In this document: positions 46,322 to 56,194 of the stretch, piece after piece
Numbering within the stretch: the stretch's first letter is position 1
How the letters are laid out: every line of letters begins with the position of its first letter
Assembly: GCA_019634385.1 (NCBI GenBank)
Contig: JAHQVK010000175.1
Span: forward strand, 333 to 64,332
Direction: 5' to 3'
From: Myxococcales bacterium
GTDB taxonomy: Bacteria > Myxococcota > Kuafuiibacteriia > Kuafuiibacteriales > Kuafuiibacteriaceae
Length of the DNA stretch: 64,000 nucleotides
Position numbers and translations under genes: made by a program
Notes under the pieces: generated by a model
Seen by the model: only the letters and a program-made list of their open reading frames with translations
Database searches by the model: none
Told to the model about the DNA's origin: nothing

Positions 46322-48592
46322 TCAGATAGTTGGAGGCTGCCATCGACGAAGCAAGAGCGCATTGCTGACGACACTGATGCTCGAGAGGGCCATCATGGTG
46401 CCTGCGAGTATCGGTGTGAGCAGGCCAGCGGCTGCCAACGGGAGGCCGAGTAGGTTGTAGGTAAATACCCAAAAGATGTTATGGTGGAGTTTGACATGCA
46501 TTTGTTGGGCAATATCTATGGCGGCCAAAACCAGCTGGGGGTCTGCTTTCATGAGGGTAATATCCGCCGCTTGCTTGGCTAGATCAGTTCCGGTGCCCAT
46601 GGCTATACTCAGATTGGCTACAGAGAGGGCAGGGGCATCGTTGATACCGTCTCCGACCATGACTACTCTGTGCCCATCAGCTTGGAGGCGTTGAATGCAC
46701 TCTGCCTTAGCCTCCGGTAAGATCTCACTTTCTACATCAGTGATACGGAGCTCTTTGGCGAGGGTTTCGGCGGTATGTCGGTTGTCTCCCGTGAGCAGAA
46801 TTACTTTGAGATTTGCCCGGTGAAGGGCTTCAATGGCGGAGGGCGTGCTAGGGCGGAGGGGGTCTTCTACTGCAATACCTCCACAGAGCTTGTGGTCTAT
46901 TTCTATCAGCATGACCGTTCCAACGCGTTGGTGACTGGTTATTAGGTTTTTATGGGCAACGAGATTGTGACCACGTTCGGCCATCCACTGGGGACTACCT
47001 ATAGCTACTTCCATGTGAGCAAGACTATTGGTGGCTGAGCCCCTGAGGGTTGCTATTACTCCACGACCAGGAACAGCAACGAGTTCGGAGGGGGCTGAGC
47101 CTAAAGATGTTTGAGATGGATGGCTTTGCCAGGCTTGGACTACCGCCCGAGCCAGCGGGTGTTCGGAACCGGCTTGGGTTTGCGCTGCTAGTTCAAGCAA
47201 ACGCTCTTCGGAGAAGATAGATTCAGGAAAAGACCAAGTATTTCGAACTTTTGGCACTCCGAGGGTCAGGGTGCCGGTCTTGTCCAAAACCACTGCTGAT
47301 AATCGGAGCGCCTTTTCCATTGCCGCCGGACGACGAATGAGAATTCCGGCTCGAGCGGCGGTGCCCAGCCCAACCGCAATGACTGTGGGTGTAGCGAGAC
47401 CCAAAGCACAGGGGCAGGCAACAACCAGAACGGCCACCGCGCGTAACACTGCCTCTGTTGGGGGGAGGCCAAGTGCCCACCATCCTCCGCCGGTACAGAT
47501 AGCAAGCAGTACAACAGTGGGAACAAACACGGCCGACACCCGATCGATGGTGCGCTCTACCGAGGCTTTTTCTGCCTGAGCTCGTTCGACGACGGCGACA
47601 ATTTGCGCAAGTCTACTGGTGTGACCAACATGGGTGGTCCGTACCCGCAGCATACCTGAATGATTAAGAGCTCCGGTGAGTACCTGGTCGCCTTCGTGTT
47701 TGCCAACGGGCATGGATTCTCCGGTCAACAGAGATTCGTCCACAGTGGAGGTCCCAGAAATGATTGTGCCGTCTACGGGGATATGTTCACCGGGCCGAAC
47801 CACCACCGTGGTGTTGGTGCCTACGGCTTCAATGGGTACTTCAACCGTACCGTCAGGCGTTTCTAGACTGGCCCTGGTCGGATAAAGTTTGCTTAGGCCA
47901 TCAAGGGCTTCCGTAGTTTGCTGTTTTGCTCTTCGCTCGATGAACTTGCCGCTGAGAATCAGGGTGAGAATCAACGCGGAACTTTCAAAGTAGAGCGGAC
48001 CGTCGGTGATGAGACCGTATATGGACAGCCCAAGTGCGGCGGTAGTACCAAGAGCCACCAACACATCCATATTGGCGCCTCGGTGCCGGACAGCTTGCCA
48101 TGCTCCAGCGTAGATTCGAGCACCAATGGTACCCTGAATGACCATAGCTAGTAGACACTGAGTCCAACCGGGTAGTTCCCACCGTACGCCGAGGGGATGT
48201 AGGAGCATGGGCAGTACAAGAGGAGTGCTGAATAGGACGGCGATCATCAGCAATTTCCGGTCCCGCTGCGCCTGTGCAGCCTGAGCTTGCTGACGAGCAT
48301 TTCGGCCTTCTACAACGGAATCAACCGGATTCGCGGTGAAGCCGATATGCTCTACCGCATCTACCAAGGTATCGGAGGAGGCTGTACCTACGACCGAGGC
48401 GGTTTCGTTGGCAAAATTGACTCGGACGGATATCACTCCTGGGGTTTGTTGCAGGGTTCGTTCTATGCGCCGCGCGCATCCTGCGCAGCTTAGTCCACCC
48501 AGGGTCAGCCGTACCGGCTCCAGAACAGTAGTAGGGGGGAAAAGGCGATCATGTGCGGGGGGGGGCGCACTGGTGTTCATAGATTGAGTCAT
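46322..48592 (-). CDS. copA: copper-translocating P1B-type ATPase
   Basis: N-terminal HMA GLSCAGCARRIERTL. CPC motif ACPCALGLATP. Phosphorylation site DKTGTLT. Hinge GDGINDAPAL. Confidence 0.85.
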   Translation of the reverse strand: MTQSMNTSAPPPAHDRLFPPTTVLEPVRLTLGGLSCAGCARRIERTLQQTPGVISVRVNFANETASVVGTASSDTLVDAVEHIGFTANPVDSVVEGRNARQQAQAAQAQRDRKLLMIAVLFSTPLVLPMLLHPLGVRWELPGWTQCLLAMVIQGTIGARIYAGAWQAVRHRGANMDVLVALGTTAALGLSIYGLITDGPLYFESSALILTLILSGKFIERRAKQQTTEALDGLSKLYPTRASLETPDGTVEVPIEAVGTNTTVVVRPGEHIPVDGTIISGTSTVDESLLTGESMPVGKHEGDQVLTGALNHSGMLRVRTTHVGHTSRLAQIVAVVERAQAEKASVERTIDRVSAVFVPTVVLLAICTGGGWWALGLPPTEAVLRAVAVLVVACPCALGLATPTVIAVGLGTAARAGILIRRPAAMEKALRLSAVVLDKTGTLTLGVPKVRNTWSFPESIFSEERLLELAAQTQAGSEHPLARAVVQAWQSHPSQTSLGSAPSELVAVPGRGVIATLRGSATNSLAHMEVAIGSPQWMAERGHNLVAHKNLITSHQRVGTVMLIEIDHKLCGGIAVEDPLRPSTPSAIEALHRANLKVILLTGDNRHTAETLAKELRITDVESEILPEAKAECIQRLQADGHRVVMVGDGINDAPALSVANLSIAMGTGTDLAKQAADITLMKADPQLVLAAIDIAQQMHVKLHHNIFWVFTYNLLGLPLAAAGLLTPILAGTMMALSSISVVSNALLLRRWQPPTI

Positions 48593-48597
48593 ATCTT

Positions 48598-48645
48598 GAG
48601 GGAACGAGTGTGAGTGGGCTCGGATACACTCGAAGCCCGTCCCTC
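48598..48645. promoter_or_regulatory. 48-bp palindrome in copA leader/divergent promoter region
   Basis: gagggaacgagtgtgagtgggctcggatacactcgaagcccgtccctc has outer arms gaggga/tccctc and inner arms cgagtgt/acactcg. It starts 6 nt upstream of the copA start codon. Confidence 0.35.
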
Positions 48646-48677
48646 ATACATGCTACACTCATACTTCCGGAGCCGCT

Positions 48678-49190
48678 GTGAGAATCGAATCTAAGGTATA
48701 CGTCTCGGCACCGACGACCACCGTGTTTAGCTTTTTCACATGGCTTGATCACTTGCCATTGATCAGTGCTGAGCAGCGGCGAGAGTGGTGCCCCTCGGAG
48801 GGGCAGAGACTGGTAGAGGGGCAGAGTCAGGAGGTTTTTCTTGAGCAGGGTCGGCACCGATTGAAGCTGGCTTTTACAACCCGGGTTATGCTGGAAAACG
48901 AGCGTATTGAGGATGTGTTCTCCACATGGCCGTTTCAGGGGGCCCTACGGATCCTGACATTTACCGAGGGCAATGACCACACCGTTGTGACCGAGGTGTA
49001 TGTTTGGAAGCCACCATTTTTCCTGAAACAATTGGTGGATCGCAGGGTGAGTGCCCAGGAGAATGTATTTCTCGAAAAATTAAGTAATGCTAAGCGCTTG
49101 ATTGAGACTGCTTACAACGCCTCCGGTGAGCATGCGTTTGCGGGAGGGGTTTTGGAGTCGGCGAAGGTTGTGAGTTGGCCAATGGTGTGA
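48678..49190 (+). CDS. SRPBCC-like (START/Bet v1-fold) hypothetical protein
   Basis: IESKVYVSAPTTTVFSFFTWLDHLP is typical of the N-terminal strand and helix of SRPBCC proteins. Weak. Confidence 0.35.
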   Translation: MRIESKVYVSAPTTTVFSFFTWLDHLPLISAEQRREWCPSEGQRLVEGQSQEVFLEQGRHRLKLAFTTRVMLENERIEDVFSTWPFQGALRILTFTEGNDHTVVTEVYVWKPPFFLKQLVDRRVSAQENVFLEKLSNAKRLIETAYNASGEHAFAGGVLESAKVVSWPMV

Positions 49191-49212
49191 GTTGTGTGCT
49201 TGATCCCCTGGG

Positions 49213-50334
49213 ATGTCGACAACTGCGCTTGTAGCATGGCTGCCGGGGGATGGAATTGGTCCGGAGGTTGCCCAAGCGGCCAGAGAAGTTTTGGATGTTG
49301 TGCTCCAACGATGTTCGCTGGTGGCAAACCATGATGTTATTCCCTGTGGAGGAAAGTACTATCTTCGGCACGGACAAGACTGGCCGTCTGATGGTGCCGA
49401 ACGATGTGCTCGCGCGGATGTCATGTTTTTGGGGGCGGTAGGGTACCCATCGCCCACTGGGTCTGGTCCGGTGACGAGAGGGGATGGTCGGATGGCTGGC
49501 TACTCAGCGGTCCTCGGAAATCGCCAGAAGTTTGATCTATTTGCGAACATCCGCCCCGTTCGCCTGTGGCCTGGACTCAGTCGCCGAATAACGGGGCGTT
49601 TACGGTCGGTGTGGTCACCCGAAGACGTTAATCTAGAGATCATTCGAGAGAACACTGAAGGCTTGTATATTGAAGCCGGGGCAACCTTGCGCTCTGGTGG
49701 CTCTCCGGTTGGGCAGGTGGCAGTGGACACAAGAGTTGTCACCCGAGCCGCCTCAATGCGAATATGTGAGGTTGCTTTCCAGCGAGCATCTCGTAGCGTG
49801 ACTGCGGTGGTCAAACATAACCTTCTTGAAGGCTGTCGATTATTTGTAGATACCTTTAAAGAAGTCTCTTTAAGGTATCCTCACATTGAGGCTAACGTGA
49901 CTTTGGTGGACGCTTTTGCACCGGACCTCATACAGAGTCCAGAGAAGTATGATGTAGTGGTGACGACTAATCTATTTGGTGATATCTTGACTGACCTGGC
50001 GGCGGTACTACAAGGAGGGATGGGAATGGCAATAGGTGGCAATATAGGTCTATCTCATGCCATGTTTGAGCCAATACATGGCTCGGCACCGGATATTGCG
50101 GGACAGGGTAAAGCAAACCCGCTTGCGATGATACTTTCGGTGGCAGAAGGGCTTCGTTGGTTATCTCTCCAAAAAGGGAGTCCTTGGAGGGAGGCTGCGG
50201 AGAGGATCGAGCGAGCAGTAGGGCATATTATTAGCCAAGGACCACTCACTGCCGACTTGGTGGGGAGTGCTGGAGGGGCTTCAACCGCTGAGGTTACTGA
50301 GGCCCTAGTGGACGTGATTCGGCGAGTTGAATAG
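49213..50334 (+). CDS. isopropylmalate/tartrate dehydrogenase-family oxidative decarboxylase (LeuB-like)
   Basis: The N-terminal LPGDGIGPEV and the NLFGDILTDLAAVLQGGMGMAIGGNIG signature of the IDH/IMDH family. Confidence 0.8.
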   Translation: MSTTALVAWLPGDGIGPEVAQAAREVLDVVLQRCSLVANHDVIPCGGKYYLRHGQDWPSDGAERCARADVMFLGAVGYPSPTGSGPVTRGDGRMAGYSAVLGNRQKFDLFANIRPVRLWPGLSRRITGRLRSVWSPEDVNLEIIRENTEGLYIEAGATLRSGGSPVGQVAVDTRVVTRAASMRICEVAFQRASRSVTAVVKHNLLEGCRLFVDTFKEVSLRYPHIEANVTLVDAFAPDLIQSPEKYDVVVTTNLFGDILTDLAAVLQGGMGMAIGGNIGLSHAMFEPIHGSAPDIAGQGKANPLAMILSVAEGLRWLSLQKGSPWREAAERIERAVGHIISQGPLTADLVGSAGGASTAEVTEALVDVIRRVE

Positions 50335-51525
50335 TTACTTTGCCCAGCTGTGTAGCAATCGCTCTTTGAGTAGGTTTTGATTGGCTGAGAGGTCAGCTGG
50401 TTCTTTGACGGGAAAGAAGCGGCCTTCAGGGCCTTCCCGGGGTACTCGAAGTAGGGATACTTTAAATATTGGCTTGCCAGATAGATCGAGTGTGCCACTT
50501 GCCTCGCATGTGATGGTTTCTAGCTGGAGTGCTGGGCGGTTTGCGACTTTCTTTTGCACCAGGTAACGATCAAGAATGACATCTTGGTTTAGAGCTTGGA
50601 CACTGAAGATCATGTTGTTGGTAGAGAAGTCGGGTAGCTTTTCTTGGGGAAAGTCATGAGGAAACCGAAACCCCTCAACGACTTGATTGGATCTCCCGTT
50701 GATCCGTGCCGGTGCGCCACCTTTATCCCAATTCCCTGAGGCCGTACGTTGTTTCTGTGTCACCTCTAGCGTCATTTCACCTTGTGATAAGATATGATGA
50801 CCAATGATGACAGGGCTGATAGTTGCACCCAGGTTGTCGACGTTAGAGAAGAGGATATATTTGATGCCTCTTGTTTCTAGTTTTTTGAGCACCCCTGATT
50901 TTCGGATGCAGTGAAAAAAATCTCCGTGCCCTGGTGCGTGGTATGAGGGCTGACCCTCGTCGTCGACAAACAGGGAACCATCCGGATTCATTCGAATAGA
51001 GATGGACTGAGAAAAATCGAGAATATTCTGCGGTGCCAAATGGAAGTTGTTGTGCTCCGATATATGCGCCAGCGTCTTTTGCTGCGTAGCAAAAGAATTC
51101 ATTAACACTAAAGGCACATCCTGTCCGTATCGTTCGTGTGCGCGTCGGGTGTCTTCCCCTTTGAGGGCCAGGAAGCTCTTACCATCAAAGACTTCTACGA
51201 CCCCTTTCACTACTCCACCAAAGCGGGTAGCCATGCCTCCGTTGAGGACAACGGAAGCCACTTCGCCTCCTTTGAGGGCTGTCTCCCCGGCCTCGCGGGC
51301 GGCTTCCTTATTTTGTTCCACATCGATGACACCTTCTGCGGGTTCGATGTTGCCGGTGATTCGATGGGTCTCGGTCGTCAAACGCCCGTCCACAATGGCC
51401 GCTTGGTTCTCTCGGAACCGAGGCTCGTCAAAGCCGAAACGGCTGAGGAGGGCAAAGTCGAGGCGGGTGTCCTCGAGAGGGTGGGTCATATCAAAGGTTT
51501 TTTCTGTCAGCGGGTCCGGTGTCAA
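50335..51525 (-). CDS. UDPGP-family nucleotide-sugar pyrophosphorylase (eukaryotic-type UTP-hexose-1-P uridylyltransferase-like)
   Basis: VVLNGGMATRFGGVVKG corresponds to the LNGGLGT/LAGGQGTRLG nucleotide-binding loop of the UDPGP family. 396 aa. Confidence 0.5.
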   Translation of the reverse strand: MTPDPLTEKTFDMTHPLEDTRLDFALLSRFGFDEPRFRENQAAIVDGRLTTETHRITGNIEPAEGVIDVEQNKEAAREAGETALKGGEVASVVLNGGMATRFGGVVKGVVEVFDGKSFLALKGEDTRRAHERYGQDVPLVLMNSFATQQKTLAHISEHNNFHLAPQNILDFSQSISIRMNPDGSLFVDDEGQPSYHAPGHGDFFHCIRKSGVLKKLETRGIKYILFSNVDNLGATISPVIIGHHILSQGEMTLEVTQKQRTASGNWDKGGAPARINGRSNQVVEGFRFPHDFPQEKLPDFSTNNMIFSVQALNQDVILDRYLVQKKVANRPALQLETITCEASGTLDLSGKPIFKVSLLRVPREGPEGRFFPVKEPADLSANQNLLKERLLHSWAK

Positions 51526-51534
51526 TGGTTGAGC

Positions 51535-54500
51535 CTATGCAGTTTGAGAGCTGGACGGTTCTTCAATTTTTTCCATAACTCGCTGGGCAACCCGGTCGAC
51601 TCGTAAGCGGGTAGCTTCCATGAGTTTTTTAAGTTGGTGCCCATAATCACCACGAATTCCGACAACGGACAGAGGTTTGAGATTGTTGGCGATGTCGATC
51701 ATCAATTGCGGCTCCATGTAGTCATCAAATGCAACCATGAGCCGATAGAGATCTCTGGCTCTGCGGAGTTCGTCATGCGCAACCATCAGGAATCGCAGTT
51801 CACCACCACACCCATCGAGTTGTGCAACCATGGCTCGTAAGTCTGCTGCACCAAATGGATGATCGAGTTTGGCGAAGGCGCGTAGGGCCAGCCAGAGCAA
51901 GTGAATATCTCGAAGGCCTCCGGGCCCGAGTTTGGCGTTCAGGCCGTGGGGAGGGACCTGTTGTCGCTCACGGATTTCACCGAGGATATCGTAAATGAAT
52001 GCTTTGCGATTATCTTGAGTAACAACGGTTCTTACCTCCGCATCGAACCGTCGGGCGAGCAGGGGATCTCCGAGAAAAAATCTCCCTTCCAATACTTCCG
52101 CTTCATCGATGAAAACGTCAGGATGTCGTTCTTTTAAGTACCGAAGCAGTTCGGGCAAGCTAACGGTGTATGAGCAGAAAATGTCCGCGAAGCGATTGTG
52201 AGGTTGAAGACCACATCGCGCCATAGTGGCGCTGACTCGCTGTAGAATCTTGCCGAAGAATTTTTGCAAACCCGGGTCGTTTTCCGAGACTAGAGCAATA
52301 TAGTCAAAGTCACTACCAAAGGCCTCCCCGCGCCCATAACCACCGGTTGCAAAGATGGCTACTCGGGAACCCGGACGGTAATGTTGGAACATGGGGGAAC
52401 GTTGTCGGACTTCTCGAAAATATGCTTTAAACAACTCTCTGACAAACTGGTCGACCGCAGCCACATGTTCTTTGTCTTGGCTCGCTGGGGCGCCCTTTAG
52501 GACCCCCTGAATGGCTGCTCGTAGGGTGGCGACGTCACCAGCGTCCGCCAGCAATCTCACCTGTTCAGCGGGACGAGGCTCTTGGGCTGCTCGCTGCATA
52601 ATTTCCGTCGCCAACTCTTTTAGCCGCCGCCCATCCCCGATGCGCTGAACAAACTCAGTCGTGCGGGCGAGCACTCGGCTTGCGATGCGTCCGATAGCGT
52701 TCGAGCGATGATGTACAAGAACGAGCATGGAGCGCAGAGCTCGGGTCACGCGGGCGCCGCGGGGGGTTGGATCCGCGGCCTCAATCAGGTCAGCGAGGTG
52801 GGCCAAGTATTTGGAAGGAAACGCGTTGGCGAGTCTGAAGAGAGCCTCTGATTTTGTTTCGGTGTCGAGGCGTTGGGTGAATTGTTCGAGTGCTCTAGGA
52901 TGAGCTTCTAGGTGAGCTATCAGTCGACTCCAAAACAAACGAGCATTGGTACCAGTGGTTGTGATGTCATAAGATTCGGGTTCGTTTTGCTCGCTTGGGA
53001 GACTAAGGGGGCTGAACTCTGAGGTGGTTTCGTAGGCGCTGGATGCGGTGTTGAGTGCGGATGTGGTGGCAGAGCCTTGGGGGACTGGGATTTGATTACA
53101 ACTTACAAGTATGTCATCACTCGGGAGCGCGTTTGGGTTTCGTCTGGTTTGTGCGAGGTCCCGGTCTTTGTCCGCAAGAAACACCAAAAAATCGACGAAA
53201 GAAGGGGCGTCCTCGCACATCATTTCTACGTAGCGAGTGGCGAGAGTTACTCGGCGTTCCGAACTCAGATTAGCGAAATCTTGGACAAAACGATGACCGG
53301 TTTCGTATTGGCGACTGATAAGCTCCACAACCTCATCCCAAAAGACCCCCCCTTGATGGGCTTCCAGGGCAGCCATGAGGTTTTCAGCCATGTTCTCGGA
53401 GCTGCTACCATCCATATTCTTGCCGCGCTCAACGATCTTTCGGAAGGTCGAAACACGGTTGAGATGTCGGCTAATCTCCTCGCTAAGTGTTGCGAAAGCA
53501 GTCAGTGCTCGGCTGCGAAGTTCAGCATAGTATCCGAGAAGTCGGTTGGCAGTGGTGCGACGAGGGCTTTCGCGAAGGCCTAACAGCAAGGCAACGTGCT
53601 CACTCGCTTTGAGAGATGCTGGGTCCTGAAGCTGTATTTCGTCACCGGCATAAACATATAGAAAGATGAGAGCCCGCATGACCTCTACTTGGACGGCGCT
53701 GTTGGCGAGGGTTACATAAATATCTCGTCGTTCGGGATCTCGTTCGGCAACCGCTTTCAGTGCTAGAGGATGAAGCGGCTCAACCACCCCGTGTACCACT
53801 CGCATGGCCGCGGTGACCAGCTTGGTTGGAATATATACTTCGCGTTTGGGGGCAAGTACTCCGGGGGTAGTTGTCGGAACGAGATAGTGCTTCAGCTCAG
53901 CCATGATCGAACGCAAGAAGCCTTCATGGATAATGGGTTCTCCTTGGCCGGCATAGTAGGCGCTGATGACCTCGTCTTGGAGGCGTTTATGCAGGGTTTG
54001 GCTTCCACATAAATACTGCGCGCCCAGTAACTGCATAATGGAAACGATACTTCGGGTGGGGCGTTCTTTGAGCTCTGCGTACTCATCAACAAGTGCACAC
54101 ACGCGAGGTGTATCTAGCTCTTCTGTTAGAAACAGCTGGATCTTAGAGGCATAACGAACAAAAGTTCTGCTGACCAGACTAAAGCCGCGAGACAAGGCCG
54201 TTCGGGCTTCTACATTGGTCACGACAAAAGCGAGGTCAACGTCCTCATGGTCAATGAGGGCCCCAGTGTTTAGTGCAACGTAGTCATTAGGATCCAGGTC
54301 TGGGCATGCCTCGCGTATAGACAATTCCAAGAGGCTAGCGACCCATTCCCGCCGGGTCTTCTCCGCACTTTGGTATATTCGCCAACAGGTTCGCACGCGA
54401 TGACCGGGGGTCATGCGGTAACTTTCGCGGAGCAAATCTCTAGATAGCTCAGCTTGGCTCCGTAGATAGTGATGCGCAAAATAAGCACCTACGAGAGTGG

Positions 54501-54744
54501 TGCGTTTTTCCCTATGGAGTCGGGCAAATCTATCAACCGCTGCTAGTGCTTTGGTAGGATTGATCGGAGTTGTATCTAAAGGGGCTTGCCCATTGCTCCA
54601 ATCGTTCACCTTGGTGAGGATCGTTCGGTGTCGCAGACTCGCCATGAGGTATCGCCGAGTATGATTGGCGAAGCGACTGATAGGTTTACCAAGCTTTCTA
54701 AAGCCAGGGTCAAACGTGAGTGGTTTTTCTGGAGGCCAAGTCAT
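51535..54744 (-). CDS. glnE: GlnE-like bifunctional nucleotidyltransferase (probable glutamine synthetase adenylyltransferase/removing enzyme)
   Basis: Two Pol-beta-type NTase signatures: NTGALIDHEDVDLAFVV near the N-terminus and FATGGYGRGEAFGSDFDYIALV near residue 800. 1069 aa. GlnD is not excluded. Confidence 0.5.
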   Translation of the reverse strand: MTWPPEKPLTFDPGFRKLGKPISRFANHTRRYLMASLRHRTILTKVNDWSNGQAPLDTTPINPTKALAAVDRFARLHREKRTTLVGAYFAHHYLRSQAELSRDLLRESYRMTPGHRVRTCWRIYQSAEKTRREWVASLLELSIREACPDLDPNDYVALNTGALIDHEDVDLAFVVTNVEARTALSRGFSLVSRTFVRYASKIQLFLTEELDTPRVCALVDEYAELKERPTRSIVSIMQLLGAQYLCGSQTLHKRLQDEVISAYYAGQGEPIIHEGFLRSIMAELKHYLVPTTTPGVLAPKREVYIPTKLVTAAMRVVHGVVEPLHPLALKAVAERDPERRDIYVTLANSAVQVEVMRALIFLYVYAGDEIQLQDPASLKASEHVALLLGLRESPRRTTANRLLGYYAELRSRALTAFATLSEEISRHLNRVSTFRKIVERGKNMDGSSSENMAENLMAALEAHQGGVFWDEVVELISRQYETGHRFVQDFANLSSERRVTLATRYVEMMCEDAPSFVDFLVFLADKDRDLAQTRRNPNALPSDDILVSCNQIPVPQGSATTSALNTASSAYETTSEFSPLSLPSEQNEPESYDITTTGTNARLFWSRLIAHLEAHPRALEQFTQRLDTETKSEALFRLANAFPSKYLAHLADLIEAADPTPRGARVTRALRSMLVLVHHRSNAIGRIASRVLARTTEFVQRIGDGRRLKELATEIMQRAAQEPRPAEQVRLLADAGDVATLRAAIQGVLKGAPASQDKEHVAAVDQFVRELFKAYFREVRQRSPMFQHYRPGSRVAIFATGGYGRGEAFGSDFDYIALVSENDPGLQKFFGKILQRVSATMARCGLQPHNRFADIFCSYTVSLPELLRYLKERHPDVFIDEAEVLEGRFFLGDPLLARRFDAEVRTVVTQDNRKAFIYDILGEIRERQQVPPHGLNAKLGPGGLRDIHLLWLALRAFAKLDHPFGAADLRAMVAQLDGCGGELRFLMVAHDELRRARDLYRLMVAFDDYMEPQLMIDIANNLKPLSVVGIRGDYGHQLKKLMEATRLRVDRVAQRVMEKIEEPSSSQTA

Positions 54745-55586
54745 TGTACAATCTGAATGGCGGACAAGTGTCGCCCGGTGCGACCTTGGTCGCGTCTATG
54801 AGAAAAAAATAGCTCTGGCTCAGAGATGGTACATCGGCCCAAGGTATCCACGTTACCAACCCCTACGTCCTTGAGGTGAGTATGCACCAAGTGGGCAAGA
54901 TCTAGGAGAGGACGACCACGAGGACCGGGTTGAGTTTTGGGGCTTCGGTATGGGCCTAAACTTTCGCTTGCGGCCAGTATAACCTCTTCGCCCACTTCAA
55001 AGGCTTGAGGGCCTATCGTAGGGCCTATTGCTGCCCGCATGTGGGCTGGTTGGTAACCAGCATCGACCAAACTTCGGATCGTGTGGTGGACAATACCCAT
55101 GACCGCGCTGCGCCAACCGGCGTGGATGGCTGCAACAGCCTTCGGTTGTCCTCCGGGAGCCAGTGCGACCAGCAGAATAGGTGCGCAGTCGGCCGTGGTG
55201 ACGGCCACCGCTAAGCCTGGCTCTGAAGTCCAGAGCGCATCAGCATTGGTTTGACGGAGTTCCCCGGACTGAAGGGTTGCCCACGTGGCTTTAACTACAT
55301 TGATTCCATGGATTTGTGTGATCTCACCAAGGGTTTGGGGATCGCCAAAGAGCGCCTCACTAGCGAATGTGTGTCGGTTACTAGTTACCTTGGAGTTCTG
55401 ATCACCCACAGTGTAGCTCAGGTTTAGAGAGGCGTATGGTCCTACTGAGGTCCCCCCCTTTCTTGTAGAAAAGGCGTGCCGAAGATGCGCTATGTCTAGC
55501 GCGCTACTACGGAGAAGCACTTGAGCATGGTACTGGAGTCGTCGGGCACGAACCATGTTGCAGTGCCCTAAGGAGCAATTGAGCAT
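54741..55586 (-). CDS. pgeF: YfiH/PgeF-family (DUF152, laccase-domain) purine-nucleoside/peptidoglycan-editing enzyme
   Basis: HAFSTRKGGTS, HGINVV and ADALWTSEPGLAVAVTTADCAPILL motifs. The start may be an internal Met because it abuts the divergent queD-like start. Confidence 0.7.
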   Translation of the reverse strand: MLNCSLGHCNMVRARRLQYHAQVLLRSSALDIAHLRHAFSTRKGGTSVGPYASLNLSYTVGDQNSKVTSNRHTFASEALFGDPQTLGEITQIHGINVVKATWATLQSGELRQTNADALWTSEPGLAVAVTTADCAPILLVALAPGGQPKAVAAIHAGWRSAVMGIVHHTIRSLVDAGYQPAHMRAAIGPTIGPQAFEVGEEVILAASESLGPYRSPKTQPGPRGRPLLDLAHLVHTHLKDVGVGNVDTLGRCTISEPELFFSHRRDQGRTGRHLSAIQIVQ

Positions 55587-56118
55587 GTACCGTATTCAAA
55601 AAAGTATTGATGTGAGTATGGCCCACCATGTTCGAGGGCATACGGGCCCATGTATCAATGTGCACGGCCACACTTGGAAGCTCGAGGTTGGACTCAGCGC
55701 AAAGACGCTGGATACTCAAGGTTTTGTTGTGGATTTTGCTGAGCTGCGGACTGAGGTGCTCATGCCGTGTTTTCGGCTCCTTGATCATGCACTGGCTGTG
55801 GGAGCCGAAACTTATGCCGAAACGGAAGAGGCTCTGGCGCGGTTGGGTGAATCACTGATTCACAGTCGTGTGCTCATTCATGGCCACGAACTGGCGTCTT
55901 CCCAGCCGAAACTCATCCTCAATGGGGCGCAGCTGCACTATCCCGGGAATATGAAAGTCTGTGTATTTCCGTTCAATCCAACATCTGAACGGCTTGCGGA
56001 ATGGTTGTACGGCTTGGCTGAACAAACTGTAGCCAATGATCGGGTACGGGTGGATGTGGCTCGGGTTTACGAGACTCTCCATCCGGTAGAGTCGGTGGCT
56101 GAGTTTGATCGGCGCTAG
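55585..56118 (+). CDS. queD: 6-carboxy-tetrahydropterin synthase / 6-pyruvoyl-tetrahydropterin synthase family
   Basis: CINVHGHTWKLEV (Cx5HGH zinc motif) and DFAEL. The start is taken at MYRIQK. Confidence 0.65.
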   Translation: MYRIQKSIDVSMAHHVRGHTGPCINVHGHTWKLEVGLSAKTLDTQGFVVDFAELRTEVLMPCFRLLDHALAVGAETYAETEEALARLGESLIHSRVLIHGHELASSQPKLILNGAQLHYPGNMKVCVFPFNPTSERLAEWLYGLAEQTVANDRVRVDVARVYETLHPVESVAEFDRR

Positions 56119-56194
56119 GTTTTATTTTCCTCCGAGGTGTGTCCTCGAACCAGCCACCGGCGCGAATGAGGCTACTTACCGACCTTTTGGTGGT

